Assembly (NCBI GenBank): GCA_951406725.2
Contig: OX597815.1
Span: 137,640,001-137,704,000, forward strand
Direction of reading: 5' to 3'
From: Octopus vulgaris
Lineage: Eukaryota
DNA length: 64,000 bases
This document shows positions 59,357-64,000 of this stretch, one piece after another. The notes below the pieces were generated by a model that was not told where the DNA came from, searched no databases, and was given only the letters and a program-made list of their open reading frames with translations. Position 1 is the stretch's first letter; every line of letters begins with the position of its first letter. Both the position numbers and the translations under genes were made by a program.

Positions 59357-62197
59357 GACTGATTGATTGATTCTAGTTTCAGCTCATGAGCTGTGGCCAT
59401 GCTGGGGCACCGCCATTTGGTGTTGCTACATGGTTTTACTTCACGAAAGCTTTTTAGCAACTGCCATTTGCTGCATGAGAGAGTTCGATGCGGTTGCCCT
59501 CATCTGCACCTCCTGCCGTCAAGTTGGTTCATCTGGGATATCTGACAGGAAGATATCCAGTTTCATTTTAAAGACATCTGCATCCACCCCATGCAGGTCT
59601 CTTAGGTTCTTCGGGAGGATATTGAAGAGCTGTGGGCCTCGGAGGCCCAGGCTATCACAGTATCTTGTCCTACATCTTGATGGCAAATTTGGAGTCCTAG
59701 GCACCACGCAGCGGCGCCCAGTTATGGCATTTGTGTAACTCTCGATGCCAAAGTTTGGGACAAGTCCCTCCAGGATCTTCCAGATGTATATTATGGCATA
59801 TCTTTCCCGCCTACGCTCCAAGGAATATAGTTTTAATCTCTTGAGTCTTTCCCAGTAGCTTATATTCTGCATAAAGGCTATCTTCTTCGTGTAGCTACGT
59901 TGGATCGCCTCAAGTTCTGTGATCAACTTGACACTGGATGGTGACCATAACTGAGAGCAATAGTCAAAGTGGCTTAGGACAAGTGTCCTCCAGAGGACCA
60001 TCATGGTTTCTTGTTCTTTTGTTCTAAAGGTTCTGAGAATCCATCCGGCCAGTCGTCTACATTTCATTGCCAAATTTAGCAACATGTACACAAAAGGTTG
60101 CGTCATCACTCATGTAAATACCCAGGTCACGCACTGATTGTGCCTCTGGGATTGCAATTCCTCCGGGTCCAGTGTATTCATTGGGTATTGCATTTAGTTT
60201 TGCATGCTGATAGTATAAAGCTTGAAACTTTTCAGCATTGAACTGCATGCTATTCTTTTCAGCCCACTTGTATATTATGTCCAGCTCACATTGCAGGCGT
60301 TTAGTGTCCTCAGGGTTCTGTATTGCCTGTGAAACTTTTGTATCATCTGCATAACTTGTGATCGTGGCTCTCTGCGTGGCTGAGGGCATGTCTGAGAGGG
60401 CCATTATGAACAGTAGTGGTCCCAAAACAGTGCCCTGCGGAACACCGCTCACTATTTGCGTGTTAATGGAAGTGGCTCCATTGGCTACTACCACCTGACT
60501 TCTATCTTTCAGAAAGTCATGAAGCCATTCTCCTAGTTTTCCAACTATGTTGAGATCACGCAGTTTGTGACATATCATTCCATGATCGACTTTATCAAAG
60601 GCCTTTGCAAAGTCGAGATATATGACTTCCACATTTGAGTGGTTGAGCAGTAGTTTCAGCACCCAGTCATAGTGTTGTAGGAGCTGAGTTAAACAGCTTC
60701 TCCCTGGTCGGAAACCATGTTGAATGTCGGGCAGCAAGTCATTTTCTTCAAGGAGGGTGATCAGTTTCCTTCTGACTATTCGTTCCATGACTTTGCTGAT
60801 GTGTGAGATCAGAGAGATAGGTCTGTAGTTCTTGGCCTCCGCTCTGCTACCTCCTTTATGAATAGGGCATATTTTACCTTCCTTCAGTTTTCTTGGAAGT
60901 TTGCCAGCTGCAAGGAAGCTCTGAAAGAGGAACTGCAGTGGTCTTGCTAGGACTCTCTTACATACTTTTAGAAGGATTGCCGGGAATCCATCGGGGCCAG
61001 TAGCTGAGTCTGCTTTCATTTCATTTATAGCCTTTATTACATCGTCTTCCTTTATATCGATGTAATCTATCGTCGCCGCCTCTGATTTTATATCTGCAGT
61101 GGTAAAGAAGTCAGTTGGATTGGTGATTTGGAAATGCCCAAGGGGTGGAGTGAAAACACTCTTGAATTGCTCATTCAGTATTTCACTTACCCTCATTGGA
61201 TTTCCTGTGAGTGTGCCATCCTTTTCAAGGAGTGGCCCTATCCTACAGTGCACCTTAGCTGTTTCTTTGGCATACCTGTAGAAAGCTCTGGGGTTAGATT
61301 TTATGTTGTCTATAGCCCAGGCTTCTTTGTCTGCTCTTTCCTTTTCATGGGAGAGTTGCAGACATTTTTCAATTTCCAACAGTTTTATTTTCAGGCGGGA
61401 CTTTTCACTGCTTTCAATTTGTTTGTTTAGGCGATTTGAAATTTTTGTACGCCGTCTCATTAAAATTTTCCTCTCTCTGGGGATTTTGTTCTTGTGTACA
61501 GTGGCCTTTCTCTCTGGGACACATTTGTAGCATATGGCCTGCATTACAGACATGAATTGTTGAAGCTTCACGTCGATGTCTGGCGAGGAGAGACATTCAG
61601 GCCAGTTTTGTTTGAGGATCTCTTTCTCAATTTGTTTCCAGTTTGCCTTATGGTAGTTCAAGCTGGAAAGATTCTGAGGGTTTCTTGTAGGCTGCATGTC
61701 CGTGCTCTGTTTTGGCCCGTACATGGTCAGCTCTACCATGTTGTGATCCGAGAGTAGTGTCGGTGTCACTTTCACATTATGGATGAGATCCATATTATTT
61801 GTGAAGCAGAGATCCAGTGTGTTACCTGCCCTGGTTGGTTGGAGTATTACTTGCTCCATGTACAGGGTGTTGATGAGGTTCAGGAGGGACCTCGCCTGTC
61901 CTCGTTCACATCTTGTCATTCCTGGGAGAGAAAGGCCCTCGGGCCCATCTGACATTGGGTAGATTGAAGTCTCCCATAAGAAGTACACTTATGTGTTGTT
62001 CTAATGTGATTAGAACTTCTTCTATTTTTATAAGGCAGTCTTCAAACTTGCCTACATGGCTTGGGGCATCTGGAGGGCAATATGTAGCACACACAACTAC
62101 ATCAAGTTGCCTTATATGTACAATTAGTGTGTCACACACCGAGTTTGAGTATGACAAAAGGACCTGGGGTATTTACATGAGTGATGACGCAACCTTT
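59357..62197 (-). mobile_element. LINE family A copy A8, truncated in the EN domain, frameshifted, with an inverted tag at its 5' end
   Basis: ORFs 61906-62157, 60057-61988 and 59519-60109; (AATC)n tail at 59357. Confidence 0.96.
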
Positions 62198-62216
62198 ATA
62201 TATCAATCATATATAT

Positions 62217-64000
62217 GATTGATTGATTGATTGATTGATTGATTCTAGTTTCAGCTCACAAACTGTGGCTATGCTGGGGCACCGCCATTTGGTGTTGCTA
62301 CATGGTTTTACTTCACGAATGCTTTTTAGCAACTGCCATTTGGTGCATGAGAGAGTTGATGCAGCTGCCCTCATCTGCACCTCCTGCTGTGAAGTTGGTT
62401 CATCTGGGATACCTGACAGGAAGAGATCCAGTTTCATTTTAAAGACATCTGCATCCACCCCATGCAGGTCTCTTAGGTTCTTCAGGAGGATATTGAAGAG
62501 CTGTGGGCCTCGGAGGCCCAGGCTATCACAGTATCTTGTCCTACATCTTGATGGCAAATTTGGAGTCCTAAGCATCACGCAGTGGCGTCCGGTTCTGGCA
62601 TTTGTGTAACTCTCGATGCCAAAGTTTGGGACAAGTCCTTCCAGTATCTTCCAGATGTATATTATGGCATATCTTTCTCGCCTACGCTCCAAGGAATAGA
62701 GTTTTAATCTCTTGAGTCTTTCCCAGTAGCTTATATGCTGCACAGAGGCTATCTTCTTTGTGTAGCTACGTTGGATCGCCTCAAGTTCTGTGATCAACTT
62801 GACACTGGATGGTGACCATAGCTGAGAGCAATAGTCAAAGTGGCTTAGGACAAGTGTCCTCCAGAGGACCATCATGGTTTCTTGTTCTCTTGTTCTAAAG
62901 GTTCTAAGAATCCATCCGGCCAGTCGTCTACATTTCATTGCCAATTTAGCAACATGTACACAAAAGGTTGCGTCATCACTCATGTAAATACCCAGGTCAC
63001 GCACTGATTGTGCCTCTGGGATTGCAATTCCTCCGGGTCCAGTGTATTCATTGGGTATTGCATTTAGTTTTGCATGCTGATAGCATAAAGCTTGAAACTT
63101 TTCAGCATTGAACTGCATGCTATTCTTTTCAGCCCACTTGTATATTTTGTCCAGCTCACGTTGCAGGCATTTAGTGTCTTCAGGGTTCTGTATTGCCTGT
63201 GAAACTTTTGTATCATCTGCATAACTTGTGATCACGGCTCTCTGCGTGGCTGAGGGCATGTCTGAGAGGGCCATTATGAACAGTAGTGGTCCCAAAACAG
63301 TGCCCTGCGGAACACCGCTCACTATTTGCGTGTTAATGGAAGTGGCCCCATTGGCTACTACCACCTGACTTCTATCCTTCAGAAAGTCATGAAGCCATTC
63401 TCCCAGTTTTCCAACTATGCTAAGATCACGCAGTTTGTGACATATCATTCCATGATCGACTTTATCAAAGGCCTTTGCAAAGTCGAGATATATCACTTCC
63501 ACATTTGAGTGGTTGAGCAGTCGTTTCAGCACCCAGTCATAGTGTTGTAGGAGATGAGTTAAGCAGCTTCTTCCTGGTCGGAAACCATGTTGGGTGTCAG
63601 GCAGCAAGTCATTTTCTTCATGGAAGGTGATTAGTTTCCTTCTGACTATTCGTTCCATGACTTTGCTGATGTGTGAGGTCAGAGAGATAGGTCTGTAGTT
63701 CTTGGCCTCCACCCTGCTACCTCCTTTATGAATAGGGCATATTTTACCTTCCTTCAGTTTTCTTGGAAGTTTGCCAGTTGCAAGGAAGCTCTGAAAGAGG
63801 AACTGCAGTGTTCTTGCTAGGACTCTCTTACATACTTTTAGGAAGATTGTCGGAATCCATCGGGGCCAGTAGCTGAGTTTGTTTTCATTTCATCTATAGC
63901 CTTTATTACATCGTCTTCTTTTATATTGATGCAATCAATTATCGCTGCCTCTGATTTTATATCTGCAGTGGTAAAGATGTCAGTTGGATTGGTGATTTGG
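62217..64000 (-). mobile_element. LINE family A copy A9, running off the window
   Basis: ORF 62207-63712 with RT YADD; (AATC)n tail at 62217-62244. Confidence 0.96.

Overview
Eukaryotic, repeat-saturated animal DNA. The extreme (TA)n/(TACA)n content and the SINE/RTE families suggest an octopus or other coleoid cephalopod; this is an inference. There are no prokaryotic features or CRISPR arrays. Most long ORFs in the track (YIYI...) are microsatellite artefacts. Real content: (1) four phase-1/1 exons of a minus-strand host gene (56922-56590, 53640-53512, 41013-40894, 33467-33075) that splice in frame into RIG-I/MDA5-type CARDs, with at least three CARDs rather than the usual two; (2) nine copies of an APE-endonuclease/RT LINE (family A, CR1-like group), one near full length with an intact ORF2 and a Myb/SANT + CCCH ORF1, plus two copies of a distant sister family B, nearly all sitting in TA microsatellites; (3) an RTE family with a PHD finger inside its RT; (4) tRNA-derived SINEs sharing the LINE 3' hairpin; (5) Penelope-like remnants with hammerhead ribozymes; (6) Helitron fragments. 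The most novel-looking signal: both LINE families share a U6 slippery site inside a structurally conserved hairpin exactly where the -1 (ORF2) frame opens, suggesting gag-pol-like -1 ribosomal frameshifting in a TA-microsatellite-associated LINE. All calls are by eye; boundaries are approximate unless splice sites or codons are cited.
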